In this document: in pieces, positions 25,025-37,200 of the stretch
How positions within the stretch are numbered: position 1 is the first letter of the stretch
Layout of the letters: each line of letters opens with the position of its first letter
DNA from: Blasia pusilla
Lineage: Eukaryota
DNA: 64,000 nucleotides
Reading direction: 5' to 3'
Assembly: GCA_050084515.1 (NCBI GenBank)
Contig: CM114271.1
Span: forward strand, 8,122,001-8,186,000
Made by a program: the position numbers and the translations under genes
The notes under the pieces: generated by a model
Seen by the model: only the letters and a program-made list of their open reading frames with translations
The model's database searches: none
Told to the model about the DNA's origin: nothing

Positions 25025-25330
25025 AGAACTGCACCATATATTAGGCCGGATAAGTTCCAGCCTTCTTCTAGGATCCTTTTGGGCCGCCAAGTGTACCTTT
25101 AATTCAGCCATTTGCTTCGTCAATTCACTGATGGTGGACTTCTCCCCATATTCTTGGTCTTGCGGGCGGGGCTCATGGACTTGAGGCTCTCCGTCTTCAC
25201 ACTCTTGTCCTTATGTCCTTTCGTTGAGGACAAAGATCATTTTGGGCATCTTGCCCTCTTCTTGCTTTTGCCCTTGGAGTCTTCCTCAGACTCTGAGTCT
25301 TCGCTAGACTTGAGCATTCACGGACAATAT
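25025..25330 (-). pseudogene. Ty3/Gypsy gag fragment ending at the start of a zinc knuckle
   Basis: Minus strand reads AELKVHLAAQKDPRRRLELIRPNIWCSS, matching AELKVHLAAQKDPKRRPGLMRPNFWCST (48770-49348). Confidence 0.85.
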
Positions 25331-25499
25331 TTGGTGTAATTTGCATACATTTTACTTTGTTGTACAAAATTTTGATTGGGTTATTGACATGCCACCGAGT
25401 GACAGTGTCGAGGAATGTAGAGGAGTTGTTGGGCCCATTTGAAGGAGTAGTAGTTCTAGGAAGAAGCAAGCTGATTTGAGGGATTCTTTCACCATCTTA

Positions 25500-27352
25500 G
25501 GAATAAAAGTTGCGAATGACATGTGGGCAAAGTGTTTCTATGAATGTGGAGTACCATTCAACATAGTACCGTAAGATGCTTTCAAAGAAGCAATGTTGGC
25601 AACAACAAAGGTGAAGGGTTACTCAGATCCTAGTTACAATTCGTTGCGCACCACCCTACTTGAGAAACATATGTGGAAGGTGAAGGAAAAGGTGGATGGC
25701 ATATTGGAAAATTTGCGTTTGGGGGCCACGATCATAACGGATTCTTGAACCAATATGAGGAGCGAGTCTTTAGTGAACATAATGGTCTCCTGTCCACAAG
25801 ACGAGGTCATGACTGAGTCGGTAGATACCAAAGGGGAATCCCAAATGGCCGAATGGTTGGCACGTCACATAGAGAGGACTATCATGCGCATCGGTCCAAA
25901 GAATGTGTTGCAACTTATGACAAAAAATGCTAGCAATGAGCGAGCAGCAGGGAAACTTATCAAAGCAAAGTTCCCTCATGTTCTTTGGGGTGGATGCGTA
26001 TCACATTCTCTTGATCTAGTCTGCGAAGAATGGGGTAAATGGCCTTGGGTGGACAAGCTTTTTGCACAAGCTTGTGAGATGGTAGTATTTGTGAAGACTA
26101 GAACTTGGGTGATGGCCAAATTTATGGAAACCAATCCAATGAAGAGACGATTTTTGCTTCTTGCAAATACACGCTTTGCAAAATTTTTTATCATGTTGGG
26201 ATGCATCTTAGAATTGAGGGAGGCGTTCTACACCATGGTTGCCACCAATGCTTTTAGGGAGTATTTCAATGGCAGGGATGCGAGGCAAAGGGAGAAGGCA
26301 CAAGAGATTGAGACTACTCTCGCCAATCACGATTTTTGGATGGAGGGTGAAGAGTTGTTTGCTGCGGCTCAACCAACTATTATTTTGTTGAGAGAGTGTG
26401 ATGGTCATAAAGCAATGATTGGGCATATTTATCGCCGTATTTTTTAATGATGGAAGAGACTCGTTCTTTTCCTGTAACTCCATGGCCCAGTGTGGGCAGA
26501 AGGCATCACCATTATTTTGTCACAATTTCTAGAGCTATAGAGATGGTCAATGTTATTTCTAGGCGGTGGGCACTTATCCACAACAAGTTACATGCAATAG
26601 CCTACATTCTCGCCCCTTAAAATCTTCTTGATAGTGTTGAAGACGTCACTTCAAATGCTAAGTGCATGAGAGATTTCAAACAATATCTGAAACTTTATGC
26701 AATAGGAGTGCATGGCCTCAATGTAACTAAGGCTAGTTCTTATGTGACAACTTGCTTGCGAGAGTTGGGCAATATTGTGAACCATCAGGAAATATTTGTG
26801 GATGAATTTGGTAGGGAAGTTTTTTATTCTCTTATTCCCTTTGATTGATGGAGCATGCATAGTCAAGGTGCACCAATATTGCGCTCTATGACTATGTCCA
26901 TATTAGCACAAGTGGTTTCATCTTCTTCAGTGGAGAGAAATTGGAGTAGTTATGGTTCCATCCACAATAAGGACAAGAATAAATTGACCAAAGAGCGTGC
27001 CAGGGATTTGGTTTACATCTACACAAACTCAAGATTTGGAGATAAGGGTGTTTCTCGAAAATCAAGACAAGCGCTCTTATACGAGCAATACTTTTCAGAA
27101 TGGGATGGACAAGAACAAGCTAGAAGGGTTGTAGAAGATGGCAGTGAATCTATCTTGCATGCAAGAAACCGTGATAGTAATCATGAAGATAACCTTGACT
27201 TGCAAGATAAGGACCTAGAGGAGGTGGATGTGATATGTGGAATTCATGGCATCGAAGGAAGAGAGGATACTCATATTGGCAACACTAAAATTTTTGATTC
27301 CGAGGGGCTTGGAAGAGAAGAAGATGACGTTGAAATGGAACATTGGATTTGA
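25500..27352 (+). pseudogene. hAT-superfamily transposase (DUF659-type core + hAT C-terminal dimerisation domain)
   Basis: FYECGVPFN, TIITDS*TN, GPKNVLQLMT, WGGCVSHSLDL, TRF, SSSSVERNWSSYGSIHNK..N.L..ERA..LVYIYTN; stops and frameshifts. Confidence 0.85.
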
Positions 27353-27697
27353 GAGCACCAAGAAGAGCAACAACAGAGGACTTCAAGCAAAGCCAATCTG
27401 CCCAACACTTCTCCTAACACGACTTATGATCCTCAGATTTTTGCACCAATAGGAGTTCAGAATTATTCCACCGAGTCTAGTGAACCTTTATGGGATACTC
27501 CTCCACAATCTTTGAGCGCTAAAATGGTGGACTTAGTTGATGAGCCTAATAATAATGATGTTCTCATATCTATGGTTCCAAACTCTCAACCCATCAATCA
27601 TGGCATGGATAGTTCATACATTTCCTCCGATGATGAAACAATTACAATAGGAACTCATCGTCGATCCACCCGACTTCAAACTATTGAGCCGCCAAAT

Positions 27698-28118
27698 TGT
27701 TGGATTGTCAATATCCACTTCTCTGAGCACCATTAATCTGATCGGCCCCCTTGTATGAGGACAAGCCTAGATTGATGGTTCCGACTTAGACGTCGAAGGA
27801 GTCATAGTAATATGACGTAGGTGGTTTCAGGAATAGCGTTACTAGGATTATCTAACCCTAGATTGCATCAGGGTGCGGCGCACCTTGATGCAATTTTTTT
27901 ATTAATAGAAACGAAGAAAAATAGGTTAAAAAAACCCTAGTTTCTCGAGTAGTGAAATAGTCGGAAGCCGCAGCGGTAGCGCATTCTCGTATGTCGAGTT
28001 ATCTCCATGTTTAGGTTCCATCGAAGCTCTTGTGTGAGCGCACGGACGGACTAGGCCACTTTGTATCTCTAAGTTTTGTAAAGATTTCAGTGATTTCGTC
28101 ACTTTCTGTTTACTCACA
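27698..28118. mobile_element. Solo LTR with 5-bp TSD CAAAT
   Basis: TGTTGG...CTCACA flanked by caaat (27693-27697 and 28119-28123); same family as 36378-36823. Confidence 0.9.
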
Positions 28119-28329
28119 CAAATTACTGCTTACATCTTAATCCACCAGACCCAACCATAGACCTAGACTAGAGGAGTAATAACAAAATTTAGTGAGATGG
28201 ATTAGTTGATATTTGTAGCAAACTTGTATTGTGTTGACTATTGTAATAATGTCATTTTTATGACATTCCTTTTTATATACTTCTCGCTAATAAAGCATTT
28301 ATTTTTACATTGAAGGTGAAATTGGTAAG

Positions 28330-28907
28330 TGTGATTTTTTAGCTCGTGGTCACAACTCCATTTTGCTCAAAAATTTGCAAGAATGCTACAAACGCAACTT
28401 GGGAAAGTTGGACATGATGAAAAATGAAAAAACCTTCTTTCCATTGAAGGTTTAATGGTTCGGGGCCAAAAGGTACATATTTATGAGGTTTACCTCACAA
28501 CTCCATTTTGGTTGAAACTTGGCAAGAGTGGAATAGGAACCTTGGAAACCATGTAGAAAAACTTTCACCTCAAGATGGGAAAGTAAGACAAGGTGAAAAA
28601 TGAAAAAACCTTATTTTGATAGAAGGTCTGATGGTTCGGGTCCAAAAAGGAGTTAAAAAGTTTTGAGCTTTTGCTCACACCTTCATTTTGCCTAAAACTT
28701 GGCAAGTGCTAGGGTCACCTTGGGGACCATGTTGGCCAAATTTCAGCTCAAGATGACAAATTTGGACAAGATGAAAAATAGAAAAACCTTATTTTTATTG
28801 AAGGTCTAATAATTCGGGTCCAAAAATGAGTTAGAAATTTTTTAGCTTTTGCTCACAAATTCATTTTTCCTGAAACTTGGCAAGAGTGCTAGGGTCACCT
28901 TGGGGAC
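28330..28907. repeat. ~180-bp tandem repeat, left part
   Basis: cttggcaag recurs at 28518, 28698 and 28876; interrupted by MULE copy C. Confidence 0.85.
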
Positions 28908-29998
28908 GGGGGCTGGTATTCTGGCAGGAGAGAGTAAGAGAGGAGAGGAAGAGAGGAAGAGAGGAAGAGAGGAGAGTCTCTCTTAAAAAAAAAGGGCCAA
29001 ATCCGCCTCCTCTCTTCAAAACTTTTTGACATATTTGAAATTTTTGTTCGCTTTCAAATTCAGGAAATCTTTAGAAGAGAGTAGGTAGTGGTCCACATTT
29101 GGCCCTAAGAAAACCTCCTTTTTCCTGGGGGAAAAAAAAAAGTAGACATCATAAGACCACTACAAACATTTTTCCATCACTCTCCATGTGAGCCTAAGTT
29201 TCTTAACATTACCTGTCTCGGTCTACAAAAAGCAGTGCCCATGGGTATTTTTGTTGGAGGACCACCCGGATGCCAACCTCTCTTTTGCGAGGATTGTTGC
29301 TGCATCATGGCCTCCTGATTGCCCCATAACCAACTTTCTGTTGGTTACTAATGGTGTCTGCTCAAGACCAACTTTGTGAAATGTGAACACATGAGAGGAT
29401 AATTGAACCAAAAGATTGTTAGCTGTCTGGAGTAAAGAGGAACTGATGTCCCTTCATTCAGATCCTAAAGCTAAGAAACCGAGAAGCTGCACCCCTCCCA
29501 ACCCGTAAGAAAGCTCACCATAAGAAAGGAAAAGATTTTTAGAAGTGATTTTCTTCCACCCTGCACCCACGAAAATCTAACAGGTTGGGAATCCGAAATG
29601 GAAATCCGACAGGTAGTAGGAATCCTGCACATCTTAGACAAGAAAAGAAGCCTACAATTGGTTTGACAAATGTAGGGGAACGAGCCAAAATTTAAGAAGC
29701 CCGCCACAGTGCCTCAGAAGTTGGTCTCACAGGGAAAGAGTCCAATCACTCAAGCAGTCAACGTGTCGGAATCCGACAGGTTGCTTGGAAATGGTTAAAA
29801 GGTTGCAGTGGGCAAAAAGCAAAAATTTGCAACCCGTCGGAATCATACGGGTTGCAAAATTGTAATTCTGAGTAGCTAAAAGAACACAATCCACAAGTCC
29901 AAAAAAATATTCCAGCAAACTTTTACAAACACCATTATGGGTTGAAAAAATCTCGTCCTTTATTACCTCCGAAGGAACCTCGGAAATGTACATTTGAC

Positions 29999-32900
29999 CT
30001 AGTCTATGATTTCTTCGGCCTCGTCATCTACAAATTTATTCCTAACTCTCCTCGGTGACAGTACAAAAGGAATGTCCTGGGATACAAGTGGCTCCTCTGG
30101 CCGATTGTAGATGGGGATCGAAAATGTTGGCGAATTCGAGAGCCTTGGCCCCCCCCTAGGTACGCCATAACGGTCCCATGTAACCTGATTTGAGTCCCAC
30201 CGCCTTCCTTGGCAGTATACCTTGTACGCTCTGCAATGTGACACCCATCCAGTATCAATATGTGCTCCGTCCTTGGTAAGACCATTATGGCAATCGCACA
30301 AGTAGTAGGAATCCAACACGTCTGAGAGAAGAAAAGAAGCCTACGGCTGCCTTTACGAGTTGAGGGGAAGCTGCCAAGGGAAGAAGCCAGCCAGATTGCC
30401 CCTTAAGTTGGACCAATAGGGAAAGAGTCTGATCAGGCAACCTGTCGGAATCCGACAGGTTGCGTGGAAGTGGTAAAAAGGTAGTATCGTCAAAAAGTGA
30501 AAAGTTGCAAGCAGGAGAAATCCGACGGGTTGCAAAATAGAAGTCCGCGGAGTACATAGACGATCACATTCGAAAAGACATAAAAAATGTTCAGCAAAAT
30601 TTTACAACCACCACCATCGTTCGAAAAAATCATCGCCTTTATATCATCCGAAAAAAGCTCGGAACTGTACATTTGATCTATTCTATGAAATCTTTTGCCT
30701 CATCATCAAATAACTCCCTACTCCAAACGCTGCAGTCAAGCTGGGTCCTTGAGTTCTTTGAACTCACTCGTTATCGTCCGAGAGCTCTTGCAATATTACT
30801 TTTGGCCTTGCCCTCCCGATTTTCGGAATCGTTGGATGTGACGATGGAGTCACTACCAATGGTGGGTCTGGAACCGGAGCTCTCGGCTTCGGTGGAGAGT
30901 TGTATGCCCCAACGAGCCTTTTGTATTCTACCTTTGCCTCCTTGCAAATATCAAACAATTCTTGCCTTCCCTCGAGGCAGAGAATGTTCCTGCCACTCTG
31001 CCATGCGCCTTTGATACTTGCCACTGAAAGTCCCACTAAGTCGAACACCAAGTCACCCGGCCTTGAGCAGAGCTCGATGAGCGTTTGCATCAGGGCTGGT
31101 GACTTTTTTCTTCCTCCCATAAGTGGGGTACCGTCTTGCATGTAAATTCCGAGGGGGGGATTGTACAAACTATCTAAGCTGTACCCATCTGAGCATGGAT
31201 CCACATGATCCCAGATCTTGAACACCTGGAAATTGTGCTCGGGCCGAACGAAGTAGTAAACGTAGGAGTGGTCCATCTGTAAAGAAGCACGTTGGAAACA
31301 ATGTCAGCAACCTGGCATAATGTGTAACACGTCATCAAAGAAGTCGGCTTGACCCTAAAGAAATTTTTTCCATTACTAACTTTGGAGCAACCTGTCGGAG
31401 TCCGACGGGTTGTTTTTTCCCTGACCAACCCGTCGGAAGGCGACGGGTTGCTGGCCTAAAGCAGCCCATGCTCGGCTGCGAGCAACCCGTCGCTTTCCGA
31501 CAGGTTCCAACTTTCCGGAAACACAAGGAAAAACCAAAAGCAACTGCAACCCGTCGGGTTCTGTCGGAGTCCGACGGGTTGCTTTGGGCCAAAAACTTAC
31601 TAAACTTGTGGCCAGTCAAACAACTCGTCGGAGTCCGACGAGTTGCTTTCGGAAAAAAATAACCTAACCCATTCATCAATCGAGCAATTCGTCGGAGTCC
31701 GACGAGTTGCGTTTGGCCAAAAGCATCCCAACAACAGTGCCGACCCAAACAACTTGTTGGAGTCCGACGGTTTGCAGCAAGAAGATACTTACGTGTTCAT
31801 GGCATGCATTGCCATCTCCACCGTCGCCATGTGATGAGGGAATGGATGAAGGACGACTGCCTTCACGCAAAAATGTGCCTCCAAGGAGTTGGGCCGCTGC
31901 TCTGCAAACTTTGTCCATGCCATGAACCTGTGATTTCCATCCCAGATGAAGACATGCAAATTCCTCATCCAACTGAATTCCGTGCCCTCTACTTGCCTTC
32001 TGAAATCCTGGTCTCTCATCCTCCAGAATGTGTCGAGCTTTTCCAAGTCCTCCTCCATAACCAGGGCTTGGGTTCCATGCTCATCGTAAGGCTGAACATA
32101 GAAGGGAGGGAAGTTGTCGACGTAGGATGCTGTCGACGCTGATTGTTTTAGCTTCGCGATATCCTCGTCGGACTGAATTTCGCTGACATATTCCATTGTC
32201 CGCAATCGACAGAGTGGAATTCTTGGGGCGTTGTGGCCCTCCATCAGTGCCATCTGCTTTACCACCTGTCAGAACCGGGACAAGATCAATAAGCTACACT
32301 GAATTGCCAATGAATTGCAAGATGGGCCTTCATATAATTCAAAAAACCCTGATCCTCTCTTACCCGCCCGAAAATTGGGTCGATTTCTTGACCAACCAAC
32401 TTGTCCGAGATAGCAGCTGGCAAATCGACTGGGAACTCGTTAATCCGATAGAGGTCGATGTCTTCGGCCGGGCTTGGAGACGAGAATGACCGCTCTCCGG
32501 CTTCTTCGGCTTCTTCGGCAATGTCCGCCATCTCCACGGTGGCGGTCGTCATGACCTCATTGTCCGTGATTTGAACTTCTCGCGTTTCCGCTATGTTGAT
32601 TGTGTCCCCAGACTTCATGGGGGACATTTCCAGCATCTCAATACTTTTGGTTGGACGGGAAGGGTTGTCGTCAATGGCTATCGCTTTTTCCCTCCTCGCT
32701 TTAGCCAATTCTGCTCTCCTCACCGACGCGTCTAGACGCTTCTTTTCTCTCTTTTCGTCGGCGATCCTTTTCTTCAAGGCCTGCGACGTCTCAGCCTCTG
32801 CGTTCTATCTATCAAGCGTCTCGCAAGAAGCTTGTGGTTGTGCATCTCTGCTTCCCTTTCCCACTCCTCGATTTCCTGCTGCCTAATTTCATTTGCCGAA

Positions 32901-33067
32901 CGATGCTTTGGAGATGTTGACGCAGGAGTCCTAATGGACTTCGGAGTGAAGCTCCCAGACTTAGTTGCTTGAACTTTTTTCCTCGTCATTTTTTCCGGAA
33001 TTGCTTGATCAAACGCCTTGCTGATGTCGAGATGAGTTGCCTTGATGGGAAGCTCGAATTGTCTCAT
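29999..33067 (-). pseudogene. ParB-MTase accessory gene, copy C, central exon(s) deleted
   Basis: Keeps IWDGNHRFMAW (31789-32265) and LIELCSRPGDLVFDL (30764-31276); the DLPSG exon is missing, with two palindrome introns fused at about 31560. Confidence 0.7.
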
Positions 33068-33319
33068 GATCGTTCAGGCAAACCGTCTCGCTCTCGTTCG
33101 GTTGTACCGTCTCGCTCTTGTTCCCTCGTATCGACTCGCAATGACTCGCCGTGTGAAACGCCCCTTGCTATCTGATCAGCTGCTGCGTAGGAGAGAGAGG
33201 AATTGAGATCGCGAAATGAGAAACCGGAAATGAGCGATTTCTTTCCTATTTATACTTTTCTAGCCGTTGGGTCCCGTCGTCCTTCCGACGGCGACGTGCC
33301 GGCCGTTACGGAAGTCCGG

Positions 33320-34090
33320 ACGTGAAAAATGGCAACCCGTCGGAGTCCGACAAGTTGCGTGCCTCCGCCTTCCTGGGAAGATAACGCAAGGTGCGCGAGC
33401 AACCCGTCGGAGACCGACGGGTTGAGCGCCTCCGCCGTTTTCGGACAAGAACGCGAGGTACCCGCGCAACCCGTCGGAGACCGACAGGTTGCGTGCCTTC
33501 GCCGTCTTCGGACAAGAACGGGGCGTACCCGCGCAACCCGTCGGAGACCGACATGTTGCGCGCCTCCGCCATCTTCGGAAAAGAACGGGATGTACCCGTG
33601 CAATCCGTCGGAGACCGTTGGGTTGCACGCTTCCCTCGTCAAGGGTTAACAACACGGGCTTCCCGTGCAACTTGTCGGAGTCCGACAGGTTGCACGCTTC
33701 CTTCATGTAAGAAAAGCAAGGCGAGGCCCTTGCGCAACCTGTTGGAGGGAGACGGGTTGCACGCCTCGCCGTCTTTGGGCAAGAAGGTGCGGCACCCGCG
33801 GAGCTCGTCAGAAACACACGTTTTGCACGGTTCCTTCATGTAAGTGTTACACCGTGAGATAATTGGGCAACCCGTCTGATGCCGACGGGTTGCAAGCCTC
33901 TGGCATCTTCGGGCAAGAAGGAGCGGTATCTGAGCAACTCATCGGAGAGCGACGGGTTGCCACCTTCGATCATGTTTGCGTTTGAAGGTAAGGCAGAAGC
34001 GTGCAACCCGTCCGAAGCCGACGGGTTGCAGGCTTTGCTTAGCTTGGGTTAATTGTTGAGTTACCTGGACTCCGACGGGTTCCAACAATC
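33320..34090. repeat. Palindrome array in the bidirectional promoter (copy C)
   Basis: gcaacccgtcggagaccgacgggttg units. Confidence 0.85.
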
Positions 34091-34281
34091 CTGCTTCCCA
34101 AATCCGGTAACACATTGCAATAGAATTGGATCCATTGTGTTAGACAATTTCACCTACCAAACTTCATCTTGTCAGTAAAAATCTGTCATGAGTATCTGTT
34201 TTCCTATTCACTATAAATTAAAAATTCTCATTCTCATTCTCTTTCTCATTCTCACCCTCCTCCGGTACGAAATTTCTGGGA

Positions 34282-37200
34282 ATGGATAATTATGTGAAGC
34301 TCACTTGTGGCAGTCATCTGACGGCCCTTCCTCAATCAGAAATCGTTCGACCGCAAGCTCGTGAGTCTTTCATAGCAGTGGATGAAAATTTTCTCTCTGT
34401 TCGATTTCTTCTCCAAATTGGAATCATCTTTGTATCCAAAGATATTAGGGTGGGTGCTACGGAAGACATAATAGGTGAGACATTCCAGCCAGTGTGACTC
34501 TGAGACCATAAAGTATGGAATCTCCTACCTCTAGCAAATGGTCAATACAGAGTTTACGGCCTGCCCCTGAATTCGTCTGTTTCCCAAGTAGATGGTCAAG
34601 AATTTCCTAGTGCACCGAGCTCTACCTTTGCAACTCCTAGCTCAGTAGATCCAGCTTTGACTCCAACTTCACACGCTCGTAACAATGTTGTTCTTCTTGA
34701 AGAGATTCCGGATGTTATCAACCTCAGTGGATCTGTCGGACACCAACCGGGCCCTCTGTCCGCCTACTCGTTCCTCTTGTGAGTATCAGGCAATAGTTTG
34801 CTTTCGTCTCTGGCCTTGAAAATGTTCAAGCACATTCTTGTCGACGAGATGCCGTCCACGTATGATGGTAATTGCATTTTTGAGTTGCCTTTACTTGCTG
34901 CTCCTGCTCAAAAGAAAGATGGAGGACACCTGAAGGGTATGGACAGAAAGTCTGATTGTCATCGATGGTGCACGCTTCAACAGACTAGTGCTTCAATTCC
35001 AGATGGTCCTTGGATTGTCTCCCACCGCCAATGCGTGGGAGCCTTGGAGTGTAGAAGTCCAGCATGCCCGTATCAAGAGTGCAACGGGCGAGTCAATACG
35101 TCGCAATTCCCCCCCAAGAATGCAGAAACTCCATACGAGGTCGGTGCCACCATACCGCCGGGAGGCCATCGATGTCCTCATTGTCAGGCATCGCCCTTCT
35201 TATCGCCCTTCTTCGTTGGAGCATGTCCTGCATACATATTTGTCGTTGTCCACGACTTGGGCTCCACGTCAGAGTACACAAGGCTGGCAGTTCATGTTGG
35301 CTCCTACACTCATCCTGTGACCGATGCAATTGAGAGACACATCAAGGAGGATGTGGCGAAGAAAGTTGCCGAGGTCTAGAGAAACTCTCCGGGTTCAAAG
35401 CCCGGGGTGATCAAGCTCACAACGGCATCACAAATTTGTGAACAATTGCTTGGAATCCCTGGATAGGGCGAGATCACGGTGGCTGAGGAGAAACAACTCT
35501 GGGAAAATCTCGCATTTCTCGCTGATCCTGAATGCTTCCGGAATTTGTTGGTCAAATACGAGTTCTGGATGGAAAGACGGCCGAAATGGATGCCATCGCC
35601 AGAATCAAGGCCAACTCCATATTTCCATTCATTCAGAGATGGCAGTTCATGGGCCAAGGAGGCGAGGGATCCAGGGCCTATGTCTTCAAAATGTCAACCA
35701 CAGGTCCGTCGAGTGGCCTCGATCTTATAGATCAAATGAGGGAAGGGGAAGATCTTTCGGCGGTGGGTAAGCTTTGATATTTGCTCAGAGTCTTTGAACG
35801 GATGGTTGACGATGGGTGCTCACGTTTATGACCATGTGGAGAAGGGACTCAAAACTATATTTGTGTGTGAAGTAAAGGCAAAAGACGTTGGCAGTTTGAA
35901 GATGTGTTGGTTACTCTTATTGGAGGTGGTGAAGGAAAACAAAAGGCCACCTCCGGAAATTTATGGGTTCATGACGGACAATGCACAACCTGGGTGGATT
36001 GCTATCCGAGAAGTGTTCTGGAGTGAAGATGTTCAACCGGATAGGGAAAGGTCGGATGCTTTCCATTGGCAACAGTCTGTGACCCGATACACCAAATCTT
36101 GCATCAAGGAGAATAAGAGTACAGAGCATGTCACTCTACTCCAACGCTGCAAGGACAACAAAACCTTGAAGCAGGCCATGGAATGTCAGGAAGAACTTCA
36201 TGGGTGGTGGAGGAAGCAGGCGATTGAGGGGAAGTACAAAGAGTTGTGCTCTTGGTTGAGTTGGTGGACTGTACGCATGAGACAATGGGGAAACTTCATG
36301 CGGCAGGTGAGTTCACTATTTTGTCTTGTCAAGCTCACGCTGAGAATTGTTTGAAAAGTTGCAGCTCAAGTTGAGAATATTGGATTCTCAACATCCACTC
36401 CTCTGAGCACCATTGATTTGATCGGCCCCCTTGTATGAGGAGAAGCCTAGATCAATGGTTCCGACTTAGACGTCGAAGGAGTCATAGTAATATGACGTAG
36501 GTGGTTTACGGAGTAGCGTTACTAGGTTTATCTAACCCTATATTGCATCAGGGTGCAGGGCACCCTGATGCAATATAGGGTTAGATAAACCTAGTAAAAT
36601 TTTTCTATTAATAGAAACGAAGAAAAATAGGTAAAAACCCTAGTTTTCCCGAGTAGTCAAATAGTCGGGAGCCGCAGTGGTAGCACATTCTCGTATGTCG
36701 AGTTATCTCCCAGTTCAGGTTCCATAGAAGCTCTTCTGTGAGCGCACGGACGGACTAGGCCACTTTGTATCTCTAAGTTTTTGTAAAGATTTTAGTGATT
36801 TAGTCACTTTTTGTTTTCTCACAGAGAAGCGTGGGAACTATAGGGATTTCAAACCGAAGAAACCAAGCAAGTTGTCGGATGTGACGGGTTGCCTGATTGT
36901 GCAACCCGACAAAAACCGACGGGTTGCCCGAGTGTGCAACCCGATGGAAACCGACGGGTTGCATCCAGAATTTTGGTGCAACCCGAGTGTGCAACCTGAC
37001 GGAAACCGACGGGTCGCAGATTCGTTCATGGGATGCCTCGGCCTTGCAACCTGTCTGGTTCCGACAGGTAGCTTATGTCTTTGACTACTGAGTTATTTTC
37101 GTTCCCTTCTAACATTGCCGTCGTTGCAGGGATTGAACGTTCATGAAAATGCCCTCTGCCCCAACACAAGTGGAGCAGAAAGTGTTCATTCCTCTTGGAG

